Of a stretch of 64,000 bases of DNA, positions 9,401 through 18,500 are shown piece after piece; position 1 is the first letter of the stretch, and each line of letters begins with the position of its first letter. This DNA is from Diplonema japonicum (lineage: Eukaryota > Protista > Euglenozoa: Diplonemea), in assembly GCA_964019335.1 (NCBI GenBank), contig OZ025657.1, positions 186,001 through 250,000 of the forward strand, given 5' to 3'. Made by a program: the position numbers and the translations under genes. Under the pieces are notes generated by a model, which was not told the DNA's origin, made no database searches, and saw only the letters and a program-made list of their open reading frames with translations.

Positions 9401-11860
9401 CTTGCACACGTCTGGCAGTGTGTCCTCCTTGTACCGTATCATGGAGTCAATATCAGAGACAGTGATCATGGGCTGCACGACAATAACGGAAGCCCAGAAG
9501 TTCAAAGTGACCTCGTGCTGTGTCCCGCCGTAGAAATACAGCTTCAGCGTGAAGTTGATCTTCCGCTCACAAGGCAGCTTCGTGTCTTCGGTTGTGTCAT
9601 AATCGTACATAACGGACTTCACAATGTCCAGCACAGCATCAGGTGTGATTCCGTTCCTTGGCAATTCGAAATCGATGCACGTCGCGTCTTCGACGGCACT
9701 CGGCCGTTTGAAGCTCCTCGGGCTGGACAGATGTCTTGCTAGCATTCTTGGAGACGGCGGAGCGTCATTCATAGTTGTGAGATTGACGTTCCTCCGCATG
9801 CTGTGTTCCCTCTCCAGCTCTTTTCTCCTGTTGAACGACCTTGTTACACGAAGGGAGGGCGTCTCCCTTCCAAAGGCGTCCCTTACTGTGTTGCCAGACA
9901 TGCTAAAGACATCTGCATGAGACTTATCCTCGCATGCAACGTTCAGATGCCCTCCAGCGATTTTAATCTTCTGCTCCAACAACTCTTTAGGGTCTTCCAG
10001 TACGAGCATCTCTGGTTCGGAATATACGTGAAAGGCGCTCCTTGTAGATGTTCTGGTGGCTTTGACAACGTCACGCAGCCGCTTGCCCAGTCTCTTCAGG
10101 GGTGCGACGGTCATGCAGGAACACGCTGATATAATCGCTCCACAGATAGCCGCGCAGTGCGGGGCCTCAACCTCCTTGGGCATTGAAACGTTGAAGTACT
10201 GGATTAGCAGCTTGCGCAGGTTTGACTCATTCTTAGAGTGCATTTTTGTGCATTCCTTGTTTGCCGCTTCGCAAGCATCCCGAAGATCTTTGTGCGCCAT
10301 CCTCAGCTTCATATCGACTTCCGTCAAGCGGTCCACAGTGTCCCTGGGGAACGAGAGGCCTAGCTTTGGGTTTTTAAGAACCGGTGTGTATTGATTGTCA
10401 TTCACGAAGCACATTCCAGGTACTTTCTTCGTGGCTGTTACATCGATCGCTATGCTAGGAGGCATGGCCACTAGCAGGGAACGCTCCACAAGAAGTGCCC
10501 TGTAGCACGTGGTGTTCTTAGCCACAGTCTGGTCCGCCCTCAGCATGTTACCAATCAAAACGGTTAAGCCGTCGTACTCAGCATCAACGGTCCTACGAGC
10601 TTTCTCCTCGTCAGAGCTGACGACCATACGCTGCTTCTGGTGTTGTGCTTTTTTAATGTCCTGCTCCACAATAAGCTGTTTTGCCTGCCATTCTTCCCGA
10701 TCTTGAAGCTCTTTCGCTTCACGTTCCTTGAGCCACTGCTCCCTCGCCTCTTTGTCCTCTCTAAAGGTCTGTGCCTCCACGGCCTCAGCTCTGCCTTGCT
10801 TTTCGCATGGTGACAGTTCGAAAGTTAGATACCGGTACTCTTCGTTGACAATGCGCTCTCTGCCTATGGCAGCCTCCTTCCCGACCATATCACGCGCTTC
10901 GTGTTCGGACTGTTTTCTGTTTTTCTCCGCTTTCTTAGCCGCAGACCAGCCAGTGAGCTCCCTTCGTTTTAAGAATTGCAGAGCAACGTCATTGAGGAGG
11001 ACGAAGACACGCCGCTCGGCCTCTTCCTGGGCTTCGGTTAGGTGGCACATTTCTTCCTCTTCGATGAAGAGCGAGATCTCGCGGAGTTCTGTTTCCTCGA
11101 TGACGAGCTCACGGATAGCGAGGGCACGCCGCTGTCGGCGTACGCGACGTGCTTCCATTCGGAGGACGCGTTTGATGTTGGCGTTGAGGGACGCGAGGAG
11201 GGCAAGCCGTTCCGTTCCCTCGGACGTGCAGACCTCGAGGTAGGCAGAGCGCTGGGCTTCGAGGAGGCTGCGGATCGCGCTTTCGAAAATGGCTCGTGCA
11301 TGGCGCGCCTTTTTACGTTCACGGCGACGGTCGTAGCTAACCATGCGGCGGGCAGACCGCAGACGGTTGAAATGCAGGCGCTGCGATATGGAAGAAAGCA
11401 CAGGGTCGGGAACAGATGTGTTAGCACCAAGGTTGACGTCCATAATGTGCGGGTTTTCAAAGACGACATCACGAAGGGTGCGCATAGCAAATGGGGTCAA
11501 CTTTGTGTTCGAAAGATTGATCGATGAAATACTGGGATGTGCTGAGAGCACAGATCGTAACACAACGAAATCACTCGTTCCTATGGGGCTGTTAGAGAGG
11601 TCAAGGTGCACATCGTCTTCGATACTGGTTGTGCTCCGAAGGTACGTAAGCATTCCAGTGTATCTCGGGTCCAGGCTCATCGCAACACCAGGGTTGTGCA
11701 TTGATGGCCCCCTTCCTACTTTTGCCTGCAGCAGCAGTTTCAACGCTACATTGTTCACTGCGTTCGATCTTTTCAGCGCGATTGTCAACTTGCTTTTCCC
11801 CCTTCTACCATCTCCGATGTACTTTACAAGTGGAAGGTCGTTTGCTACCTGCCCCACCAT
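6470..11860 (-). CDS. Large protein: N-terminal LRRs, coiled coil, multiple cadherin-like/beta-sandwich repeats
   Basis: LRRs LDLSNSPIG, INLSNTKL and VNLGAN; E/R/K coiled coil; recurring L-x-x-I/L-x-Y/F-x-N-x-S-x-D-P-x-x-G-x-R...V-x-D repeats. Probable ATG at 11860 follows an ACAG acceptor (the ORF extends to 11935). Confidence 0.85.
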   Translation of the reverse strand: MVGQVANDLPLVKYIGDGRRGKSKLTIALKRSNAVNNVALKLLLQAKVGRGPSMHNPGVAMSLDPRYTGMLTYLRSTTSIEDDVHLDLSNSPIGTSDFVVLRSVLSAHPSISSINLSNTKLTPFAMRTLRDVVFENPHIMDVNLGANTSVPDPVLSSISQRLHFNRLRSARRMVSYDRRRERKKARHARAIFESAIRSLLEAQRSAYLEVCTSEGTERLALLASLNANIKRVLRMEARRVRRQRRALAIRELVIEETELREISLFIEEEEMCHLTEAQEEAERRVFVLLNDVALQFLKRRELTGWSAAKKAEKNRKQSEHEARDMVGKEAAIGRERIVNEEYRYLTFELSPCEKQGRAEAVEAQTFREDKEAREQWLKEREAKELQDREEWQAKQLIVEQDIKKAQHQKQRMVVSSDEEKARRTVDAEYDGLTVLIGNMLRADQTVAKNTTCYRALLVERSLLVAMPPSIAIDVTATKKVPGMCFVNDNQYTPVLKNPKLGLSFPRDTVDRLTEVDMKLRMAHKDLRDACEAANKECTKMHSKNESNLRKLLIQYFNVSMPKEVEAPHCAAICGAIISACSCMTVAPLKRLGKRLRDVVKATRTSTRSAFHVYSEPEMLVLEDPKELLEQKIKIAGGHLNVACEDKSHADVFSMSGNTVRDAFGRETPSLRVTRSFNRRKELEREHSMRRNVNLTTMNDAPPSPRMLARHLSSPRSFKRPSAVEDATCIDFELPRNGITPDAVLDIVKSVMYDYDTTEDTKLPCERKINFTLKLYFYGGTQHEVTLNFWASVIVVQPMITVSDIDSMIRYKEDTLPDVCKVFNVTVNDATQVTWAGIYAFSLGNYHNYVLNMTFTEGHTDDDVLMFSYSDAMYLRQGERKDINMALVEYGDVHMCPVPDDTQNDPEKLLIWYEDGLDKPVPIAEVVKGSLFSTSKPPTKAVLNNRQVTIRLFSKLVSTETVRKLLKRIRFGNFSQDPTPGNRTLELAMVDCNGNSSKCHVRIDIIAEDDPATMELATNKLTFRQICSTGLPPAFKKYISLPMIRPCWGVKVEDVDTDRFVGGYLECSLTAGVQRGDVLMMACPILNSEEEIGERTSICILQRKTEDGVENTVVYEGRHVATVVKGVVFDPSWDRGVFESMLNQLDADEMEELSLLFSSTGEASITCCSKLLASIAWSSLYLRPKEGDRVVEICLQPGSSFPKGRHSLVNTLLTTELDPPLEDKVMIKVAPEFFEVPQTTLQYREGSGQVRLAPFELTMDNIDYQYGYVMVEIIDGSTASDILGLKGSSEVKLVKREADDVPDEPQPRERRARSSTIVKNILRDKVSKALTPHIRANLILKDIFISQMQEAAAERIIASQKPKLPTTVYDTYLLNAHIGVLSQTSSWMCLSFGSKTLVKRKDVITILRSLTYSNTSLDPGKTVKHCKVTVNDGGQCSSEAIIQIEIQEVDDVTDIIVKSPKVTYRQGAHEVFPLAPMGQVWLQDPDTMWFTGGNITVELSSGHTKTDQVAFMTVNEQKLCRAKHSVNSEFPFAADEHPYLVLKGEDILIDGTDTVVGTMASTKCGNWSPSNNLKISFSKVPNVVSIQLASYCFNCISYTSLADKMQPASSRTYTLLVHDGANPEQGRNKITVEVLSPIMVLQNTDLKPPFAYVDEVVCRTPEVNVYILPKASISWICGKDEKGKPKDVVGGGTVSMTFVSGRQDQDVITLVKKDVSITKDQIYFGRDHLGKVSQTLDKYSIELASTTKIKTKTLAELIRTFTVRLAAGSSVPRVLKVVLVDSATLPTEGLVTITPKF

Positions 11861-12168
11861 TTCTCTACGGGTTGAGCCACTCTCGTGCTCATCCTGTGAT
11901 TGAGGTTTCTTGTAATTGGTATCGGAAAAATACACGATAACAAAATAAAAAAAGATCTAGGGGGGGGGGGGGGGGGGGGCAGGGCGAAAAAAAAAAGACA
12001 GAAAGAAAGAAAAAAGGCTAAGGATATTGGGCAGGGATTTCTTTTTAATTTCTCTCTTTTTTTTCCTCTCTCATTTTTCTAGTGATCTAACGATTTAACA
12101 TCTCTTTAAAAAAGGGGATTAAAAGGGGGGGGGGGGGGGGGAGCGGTTTGAACCATCAAAAAAAGGCT

Positions 12169-14526
12169 CTACTTCTGGTTTGCGATCAGGGTTTCTACTA
12201 GCTTATCTCTCTTTCCAGAAGCCTTGAGGCCCCGTTTCTTGCATTCCGCCTGTAATTCTCTGTACTTCATTGCTTTGATAGCGGCCTCTGTGAGCTTGTC
12301 GTCCTCTTCTTCCTCCTCTTCCTCCTCCTCTTCTTCGTCCTCGTCCTCCTTCTTTTTGTCATCTGCCTTTTCTTCCTTGGCTTCCGGCATGGCCTTGTCA
12401 GCCGCTTCAGGCATCGCTTCGTCTTTGTTCTCCTCAGGTTTCTTCGGCTCTTCAGCCACCACAGGCTGTTTTATTTCCGTTTCCTTCTTCGTTGAGGTTT
12501 TCTCCACCTTTTGTTTCTTTGCAGCATGCTCTGGATCCACCTCTGCCGCCCTCTTCACACCCACCTCTGTGATGGTCCCGTGTCCTTGTTGCTGTACACT
12601 TTCAACCAACTCCCGCGTCGAGCGCTCCTCCCTTGCACGCCGCTCAGATGATGTCTCAGAGCTGCACTCACTCGCTTCAAAGTCAGGGAACACAGCATTT
12701 ACCTCAGGCAGCTCTTCAACAGCACCCGCAGCGACCGTCCCCTCGATAGACGCCGACCTTGACCTTGACCTGCTCTTCTTCGCCGTCGTCTCTCCCTCGG
12801 GGCCCTCGTCTTCTGATGTCTCAAGTTTCCTCTTGCTCCCTGAGAGTCTTTTGTCAACAGACTCAACGGCGGTCTCAACAATGAGAGCTGCAGTCATCTC
12901 TACAACCTGCACGGAAGCTGCCACCTCAACGACAAGCTCCTCAGTAGTTGCCACCTCCACGACGACAGCAGGCTCCCCAGTGACTGGCACCTTTGGCTCA
13001 ACGTCCTCAGCAAGTTCCTCAGCTACCGGCATCTCAGGCTCAACATCCTTAGGGCACTCCTTAGTTGCCGTCATCTCAGTCTCAGCAAATTCCTCAGCGC
13101 ACTCTTCAGCTGCCGGTACCTCAGGCTCAACATCCTTAGGGTGTTCCACAGTTGCCGATACCTCAGGCTCAGCAGGTAACTGAGGAACCTGCACCTCAGG
13201 CTCAACACCCTTAGGGATCTCCTCAGTTGCCGTCATTTCAGTCTCAGCAGGTTCCTCAGCGCACTCCTCAGTTACCGGTACTTCAGTCTCAGCAGGCTCC
13301 TTAGTTACCGGCACCTCAGGCTCGGCAATTTCAGTTTCCTCGGCAAGGTTTTCAACCTTGACTTCAACAGGCGTATCGACAGTGGGTTTCTCAGCAGATT
13401 CAATCATCAGCTCATCAGCAGCGTGTTCTATAGGTGTCTCAGTGAGAGGATCCTCAGTGGCAGCAACTACCACAGCAGGTTCCTCGGCAGTGGGCACCAC
13501 AGGCATCTCAGTGTCAGGTCCCTCAGTGGCAGAATCGGCCACCACGGCAGTCTCCATTGTCATCGGCTCGTCAGCAACAACCGCTTCAGCAAGCTCTGCA
13601 GCAACCTCTGTAGGTTCCTTAACCAACTCGTCAGCAACTGTCGCTTCGACAGGTGTTTCTGCAGGCTCTTCAGTGGCAACTGGCCCTGTAACGAGGGGCT
13701 CGTGTACAGGTTCCACTGTAGCAGGCTCGTCATTCGTAACGGGAGCACTGGTGTCACTAGCGGCCGCAGGCTGCGTCTCTGGCACCTCGGTGTGGTCTTG
13801 CATCGGCACATCAGGTGCCGGCACTGTCTTCCCTTTGAACATTTCGGGTGATGAAGCAAACAACTTTTGTGAGAGCTTGAGCGCCTCGGGGGTCTTGATC
13901 TTGCAGAAAGGCGACTCCGTGAATGGAGAAATCGCGAAGGGTGAGTGCTTTACAGGTGTTGACTGCGCCGTGTCCTCAGAGACACACAAGTCGTCGTCGG
14001 TGGACTCTCGGCTGGCGGGGATAAGTGCACCGGGACGGAAGCCACCCGAAAGCGGGTTGGGGTATCTGGACCTGCCTTGGTACTCAACAGTGACCTTCTT
14101 GTGCGCAGGTGCAACAGGGGAAGGGGCTGAGGCAGATGTGGAGACGGGTGTCGGCTCGACAGTCTTCACTTCCTCCACATGCTGCTTCGCGTCTTCACTA
14201 GGGCTCACGATGGTCACTTTCTTTTCTTTGGTTTTTGCCTTTTTCTTTTGAGGAGTCGCTGTTCTGAGTGGAACCTTCTTTGCGGGCGACGAACTGCACA
14301 TCTTTTTCTTCGATGCAGTGCGGGGTGCCGACAAGGTCCTTGCTGCCGGTCTGCCCCTTGCAGGCGTGATCGGCTCCTTCGGTGCAGACCTCTTCGCAGG
14401 TGGCTTAGGGGTCGGCTTACTTGCCTCGCCAGCCTTCCTAACAGACCCGACCTTTGACTTTACATGAGCATATTTTCCAGAGGGCTTGTTTGCAAGCTTG
14501 CTCGGTTTGAGAGGTTCCATCTTCAT
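12169..14526 (-). CDS. SAP-domain protein with basic N-terminus and long acidic repeat region
   Basis: C-terminal MKYRELQAECKKRGLKASGKRDKLVETL matches the SAP motif; histone-H1-like K/P/A-rich N-terminus; ATG at 14526 follows a CCACCAG acceptor. Confidence 0.85.
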   Translation of the reverse strand: MKMEPLKPSKLANKPSGKYAHVKSKVGSVRKAGEASKPTPKPPAKRSAPKEPITPARGRPAARTLSAPRTASKKKMCSSSPAKKVPLRTATPQKKKAKTKEKKVTIVSPSEDAKQHVEEVKTVEPTPVSTSASAPSPVAPAHKKVTVEYQGRSRYPNPLSGGFRPGALIPASRESTDDDLCVSEDTAQSTPVKHSPFAISPFTESPFCKIKTPEALKLSQKLFASSPEMFKGKTVPAPDVPMQDHTEVPETQPAAASDTSAPVTNDEPATVEPVHEPLVTGPVATEEPAETPVEATVADELVKEPTEVAAELAEAVVADEPMTMETAVVADSATEGPDTEMPVVPTAEEPAVVVAATEDPLTETPIEHAADELMIESAEKPTVDTPVEVKVENLAEETEIAEPEVPVTKEPAETEVPVTEECAEEPAETEMTATEEIPKGVEPEVQVPQLPAEPEVSATVEHPKDVEPEVPAAEECAEEFAETEMTATKECPKDVEPEMPVAEELAEDVEPKVPVTGEPAVVVEVATTEELVVEVAASVQVVEMTAALIVETAVESVDKRLSGSKRKLETSEDEGPEGETTAKKSRSRSRSASIEGTVAAGAVEELPEVNAVFPDFEASECSSETSSERRAREERSTRELVESVQQQGHGTITEVGVKRAAEVDPEHAAKKQKVEKTSTKKETEIKQPVVAEEPKKPEENKDEAMPEAADKAMPEAKEEKADDKKKEDEDEEEEEEEEEEEDDKLTEAAIKAMKYRELQAECKKRGLKASGKRDKLVETLIANQK
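12930..13720 (-). repeat. Coding tandem degenerate repeats (E/P/V/T/A; e.g. PEVPVTEECAEEPAETEMTATEE..PKDVE)
   Basis: Repeated ctcaggctcaacatcc / gttcctcagc units at DNA level. Confidence 0.8.
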
Positions 14527-14566
14527 ACGGGTAGTAACCTGGTGGGTTATGAAGAGAAACACAATA

Positions 14567-14610
14567 AAGATGTCTTTGAAGGGAACCTGCAGTATGTCAG
14601 GAACGCCTAA
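14567..14610. repeat. ~45-nt dispersed motif, copy 1
   Basis: aagatgtctttgaagggaacctgcagtatgtcaggaacgcctaaaa, near-identical to 60984-61030. Confidence 0.8.
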
Positions 14611-14651
14611 AAAAAATAAAAATAGAAGAAAAAATAAGAAAGATTAAGAAG

Positions 14652-15860
14652 CTAAGGCGAGGTTGGTGAGAAACCTCTCGGAACACCGATATTCACCCTT
14701 TTTCTGGCTGCCTTTCTGGGCCGTGCCTTGCGGGAAACAGCTTTGTGTACGTGTGGGGGGACGCCTCCGGTGGCGATGGAGACATTGGATAGGAGGGCGG
14801 AAAAATCTCCATCGCTGCGGATTGCTAGGTTAATATGACGGGGAGTGAGGAGGTGGGGCTTTTTGGAGGAGTGAGCAACGGTAGAAGCAAGAGAGATGAG
14901 CTGCGACGTAACATGTTCGAGGACACCAGTGAGGAGGATACCTGCAGGGCTTGACACCCTTCGCCTGACGACTCTTTTCATGTTTTTACGAACCCGGGAC
15001 ACAGGAAAGACCAACCCAGCACCACGCACCCGTTGTGGCACCACAACCGTGCTAGCCCCACCATGTCGTATGAACTCTCTTCCAAGAGTAGTGTCTTTCA
15101 AGCCTTTCTTGATTATAATATCCAGCGGCGTGAGCATGGCTGCATTGACAAGTGTCACATCAGCACCATACTTCATGAGAAGACTGAATCGTTTAACAGA
15201 AATACAACTACTCAATGACACATCAGCGAGAATGTGCAATGGGGTGTTCCTTTCGGGGTCGGAGGCGTAGTTGGGGTTCGCTCCACGTTTGAGAATATAC
15301 TCTAAACGCGGAGCCCGCAAACACATAAAGGACAGCGCAACGAGGAGGAGACCATTGAGGAGGTCGGCATCCATGTGTGTGACCACCAATGTGAAGGCAT
15401 CGTCTTCTAAAGAAAGAATGCCATATAAGTTCATTGTGGACGGCCGCACACCGTGTTCTAGCAACGTTTCAAGCATTTGCTGTTTGTTAGATGACATGCA
15501 GTGTCCGATCGACGAGTAAGGTGTCGGGGTGACGCCCGCAATGAGGTACCGCCGCACCATAGACACCTCATTGGCAGCAATGTACATCCCCAAGACATCC
15601 TTGGTAAGGATTCTACCTTCCGCAAGGAGCCGGCTGCGCTCCATAGCGTTCTCCTTCAAGCGCACCTCGAGCTCTTCGTCTTGCAAGAAGCCCTCCACTT
15701 CTTGTACTTCCACGCCACCTTGCATCAATGTGAACCCATCCTTTGCAAATCCCACCTTCTTCGCCGCCTTGTCGTAAAGGCGGTCGATGCCTTCTCCATA
15801 GCCTATCTCTATCCCCACCAGTTCCCGGTCTGGGAAACGGAGCTGTATCGTTAGAGGCAT
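14652..15860 (-). CDS. Ubiquitin-like + ankyrin repeat + histone H2A-fold fusion protein
   Basis: N-terminal ~70-aa beta-grasp-like segment; ankyrin motifs (RGANPN..NTPLHILA, YGADVTLVNAAMLTPLDI); C-terminal AGLVFPVSRV...GVLEH...LTPRHINLAIRSD..F..LL..VSIATGGVPPHVH is H2A. Confidence 0.9.
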   Translation of the reverse strand: MPLTIQLRFPDRELVGIEIGYGEGIDRLYDKAAKKVGFAKDGFTLMQGGVEVQEVEGFLQDEELEVRLKENAMERSRLLAEGRILTKDVLGMYIAANEVSMVRRYLIAGVTPTPYSSIGHCMSSNKQQMLETLLEHGVRPSTMNLYGILSLEDDAFTLVVTHMDADLLNGLLLVALSFMCLRAPRLEYILKRGANPNYASDPERNTPLHILADVSLSSCISVKRFSLLMKYGADVTLVNAAMLTPLDIIIKKGLKDTTLGREFIRHGGASTVVVPQRVRGAGLVFPVSRVRKNMKRVVRRRVSSPAGILLTGVLEHVTSQLISLASTVAHSSKKPHLLTPRHINLAIRSDGDFSALLSNVSIATGGVPPHVHKAVSRKARPRKAARKRVNIGVPRGFSPTSP

Positions 15861-16116
15861 TTTTTTCTTTTCCCCCCCCCCCTGTTTTCTTTTTTTTTAA
15901 TGCGGTTATTTCTTTTATGAAAAGAAATTGGAATAGATGGAGGGGGGGGAACATTGACACAAAAAAGTTGGGAGAAGGGGAATGCATAAGGAAAATCTTT
16001 TTATATAAAAAAAGGGGGGGGGGGAAAGCTGTTCTAATTTTTTGCTAACAAATCTATAAAATTACAAACAAAAAAAAGAAAAAGTTCCTTCTTTTTTTTT
16101 TTTTTCTCTTTTTTTT

Positions 16117-17310
16117 TTAATCGCAACAATACGCGTCGAGAAAACAATCGTCGGTGTGCAGAAGCTCCGTTTCCCTCGCCCTTTCGGTAACAGTGGACGA
16201 GACGTTTGATCTGGTGGACCTTGTTGGAGAGATGCGAATTGTGTTCTCAGCAGGACGGGAGGAGAAGACACGGTGGGGGTGGGAGGCAGTCGTGGAACGT
16301 TTCTTGGGGGAGTTCACGATACTGTTGAACCGCAGCGCCGAACAAGACGACCGTTTGTTCTCCTTGTCCTTCATCTCAAGCGCGTGGATCTTCCTATCGG
16401 CGACGGCACCAACGGACCTCTTCCTCAGCATCAATTCGCAGTTTTCCAATTCGTCCAACGCAACCGAAACACCGTAATGAAGATAATCCATGAACTGTGA
16501 AAGCGTCTGCAGGGCTGGAAGCGCGTCCTTGTCCTTCAATTCATTACTAACATCCTTCACCTTGTGCATGGCCTTGCGGAATGTTTGAGCTATGCCAAGC
16601 TCATGAACAATACCATCAGCAAGGTTGGGATCTATCCCCCCAGGGGACTTCCCGTGCAGCATGGAACGGCACTGTGATGCAACCCTTAAATGCGCCCTCA
16701 GCTCGTTCAACACCCACCTGTCGTCGCCAATAAGCTGCAGTGCTTCGGTCGCCTCCGGGTTCGCATTGCTGTACAAATGCGATGATCTAGTTGAAATCTG
16801 CGGGCCTTGCGGGAAATGAACGGCAAGAACCTGTTCCACCTGCGAACCTCCTCCTTTATTTCGAACCCTCTGGTCGTAGATATGATAGTCAAGCCGCGCC
16901 TCGCGTCGTATCAACTCTTTTTTTATCGCGATGTGCATTTCGTCGACTTTCTCTGCTTCTACAATCAAGCCGCCCACCACGTAATTAACAAACTCTATGA
17001 TGGATAGCAGGGGTTTCAGAGCCGGGTATTTGTATAGATCCACGCCGGCGGTGGCTCTGTTTAGGTGGGATTGTTTCAGGTTCAGAAACATCAGCAGGCC
17101 CATGTCGTCTGTGCTTGGTAAGCTTGCAGTGGGTGTGCTGCTTACTCTCCCCGAAAAGATCTTCAGGCAGCTTTTCACAGCTCCGTGCAACACAGATCCA
17201 TTGACCATCTCCTCTTCTTGAAGCATATGTTGTTCCACTGCTCCAGACATTGGCGGTGGAGGTCCCATCATCCCTCCAGACTGTTCATAAGCACCCCCCG
17301 TGAAGGCCAT
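16117..17310 (-). CDS. Hypothetical protein (397 aa, helical/coiled)
   Basis: Long intact ORF with an AATAG acceptor 7 nt before the ATG; no recognised motif. Confidence 0.75.
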   Translation of the reverse strand: MAFTGGAYEQSGGMMGPPPPMSGAVEQHMLQEEEMVNGSVLHGAVKSCLKIFSGRVSSTPTASLPSTDDMGLLMFLNLKQSHLNRATAGVDLYKYPALKPLLSIIEFVNYVVGGLIVEAEKVDEMHIAIKKELIRREARLDYHIYDQRVRNKGGGSQVEQVLAVHFPQGPQISTRSSHLYSNANPEATEALQLIGDDRWVLNELRAHLRVASQCRSMLHGKSPGGIDPNLADGIVHELGIAQTFRKAMHKVKDVSNELKDKDALPALQTLSQFMDYLHYGVSVALDELENCELMLRKRSVGAVADRKIHALEMKDKENKRSSCSALRFNSIVNSPKKRSTTASHPHRVFSSRPAENTIRISPTRSTRSNVSSTVTERARETELLHTDDCFLDAYCCD

Positions 17311-17667
17311 GTTTCCCTATTGATGTGAGTGGGGGGGGGACGCACAGCAAAAAAAGAGAGCGATATAAAAGAAGTTTTCACACCATATGTAAACATGTTT
17401 TTGAAGGGAACCCTATAAATCGGATCTATTTGTCAAAGAGAGGGAGAGAATGTGTTGGGGAAAAAAAGGGGGGAGGGGGTGTAAGCTCATTAAGATACTT
17501 GATAGTCGCATTTGTGTGCGGGCTGAGTTAAAGCAAAACAAAGGGCAAGAATATGGTGGTGGTGGTAGGGAGGGTAAAACTCCTAACCATCTAGTTCCTT
17601 AGTTTATAAAAGGAAAAATTATAAAAAGAGGGATTGACAAATCTCCTCTCATATTTCATATGTTTCT

Positions 17668-17705
<38 letters not shown>

Positions 17706-17716
17706 TTCTTTTTTTT

Positions 17717-18403
17717 TTACCCCAACCATGGAGGCATTATCCTAACACCTTCCATATATGTTATCTTGCAGAAATCGCAGCAGAACTGCTTGAAGGTGTG
17801 TTTCGCCATTTTCTGTTTGGAAGCACAGCCTGAGCAAACACAGACTCCGCAACACCTGCAGTGGTGCCGCCTCGTGAAGAAGCTAAAATCGACACCGCAG
17901 AGCGTGCAACCGCAGGATGGGGGTGCCCACGGGGGGAGCGAACAGGGCCCGAAGAACTTGTTCATAATACGCGTCAAAGTGTTTGGAGAAGTGAAATGCG
18001 GTATCTTAGAAGGACGGGGCTGCACTTCTGACTTACAAAATTTGACATGACACATTGGGCATGCCCCGTGTCGCTTCACCCAAGGCAAAATGCACCGGAC
18101 ATGGTACTTGTGGATACAGGGAAGAGCTGTGACGAGCCTTCCTTCAAAGCCATCGAAACATATCAAACACAACTCATCAGCACCGCCATTCCATCTGAAA
18201 ACTGGGAGGACTTTCATTATCATCAATTCGACTCCATCCTGGACCCCTTCAAGCCTGCCAAAGTCACGTGTCTCTCGCAGCTCTACCGATGCCCTATCTG
18301 AGTCTTTTACCTCGTGGAGGAACGGACACTTCCTTTTACTACAAGTTCCTGTAGAGTAGTGGTCGATGCAGGGTATGAAGGATTTCTCCTGAGATTCGTT
18401 CAT
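17717..18403 (-). CDS. CCCH + RING-H2 + FYVE zinc-finger protein (probable E3 ligase)
   Basis: CIDHYSTGTCSKRKCPFLH (CCCH); CLIC...LPCIHKYHVRCILPW...CPMC (RING-H2); CTLC..F.FFTRRHHCRCCGVCVCSGC...CDFC (FYVE). The ORF extension upstream of 18403 is homopolymer read-through. Confidence 0.9.
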   Translation of the reverse strand: MNESQEKSFIPCIDHYSTGTCSKRKCPFLHEVKDSDRASVELRETRDFGRLEGVQDGVELMIMKVLPVFRWNGGADELCLICFDGFEGRLVTALPCIHKYHVRCILPWVKRHGACPMCHVKFCKSEVQPRPSKIPHFTSPNTLTRIMNKFFGPCSLPPWAPPSCGCTLCGVDFSFFTRRHHCRCCGVCVCSGCASKQKMAKHTFKQFCCDFCKITYMEGVRIMPPWLG

Positions 18404-18466
18404 TTTGTCTCTCGCTTCCCTCCCCCCTCCTCCCGCGCCCCCTTTTTTTTTTTTTTTTTTTATGTT

Positions 18467-18500
<34 letters not shown>

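Noticed and set aside
12087-12098. CTAACGATTTAA resembling the 5' end of a euglenozoan spliced leader
   Set aside because: Only ~10 nt match and the conserved ACAGTTTCTGTAC core does not follow; no SL RNA gene was found in the window.
12930-13720. CRISPR-like spaced repeats
   Set aside because: In-frame coding repeats of the SAP protein, in a eukaryotic context with no cas genes.
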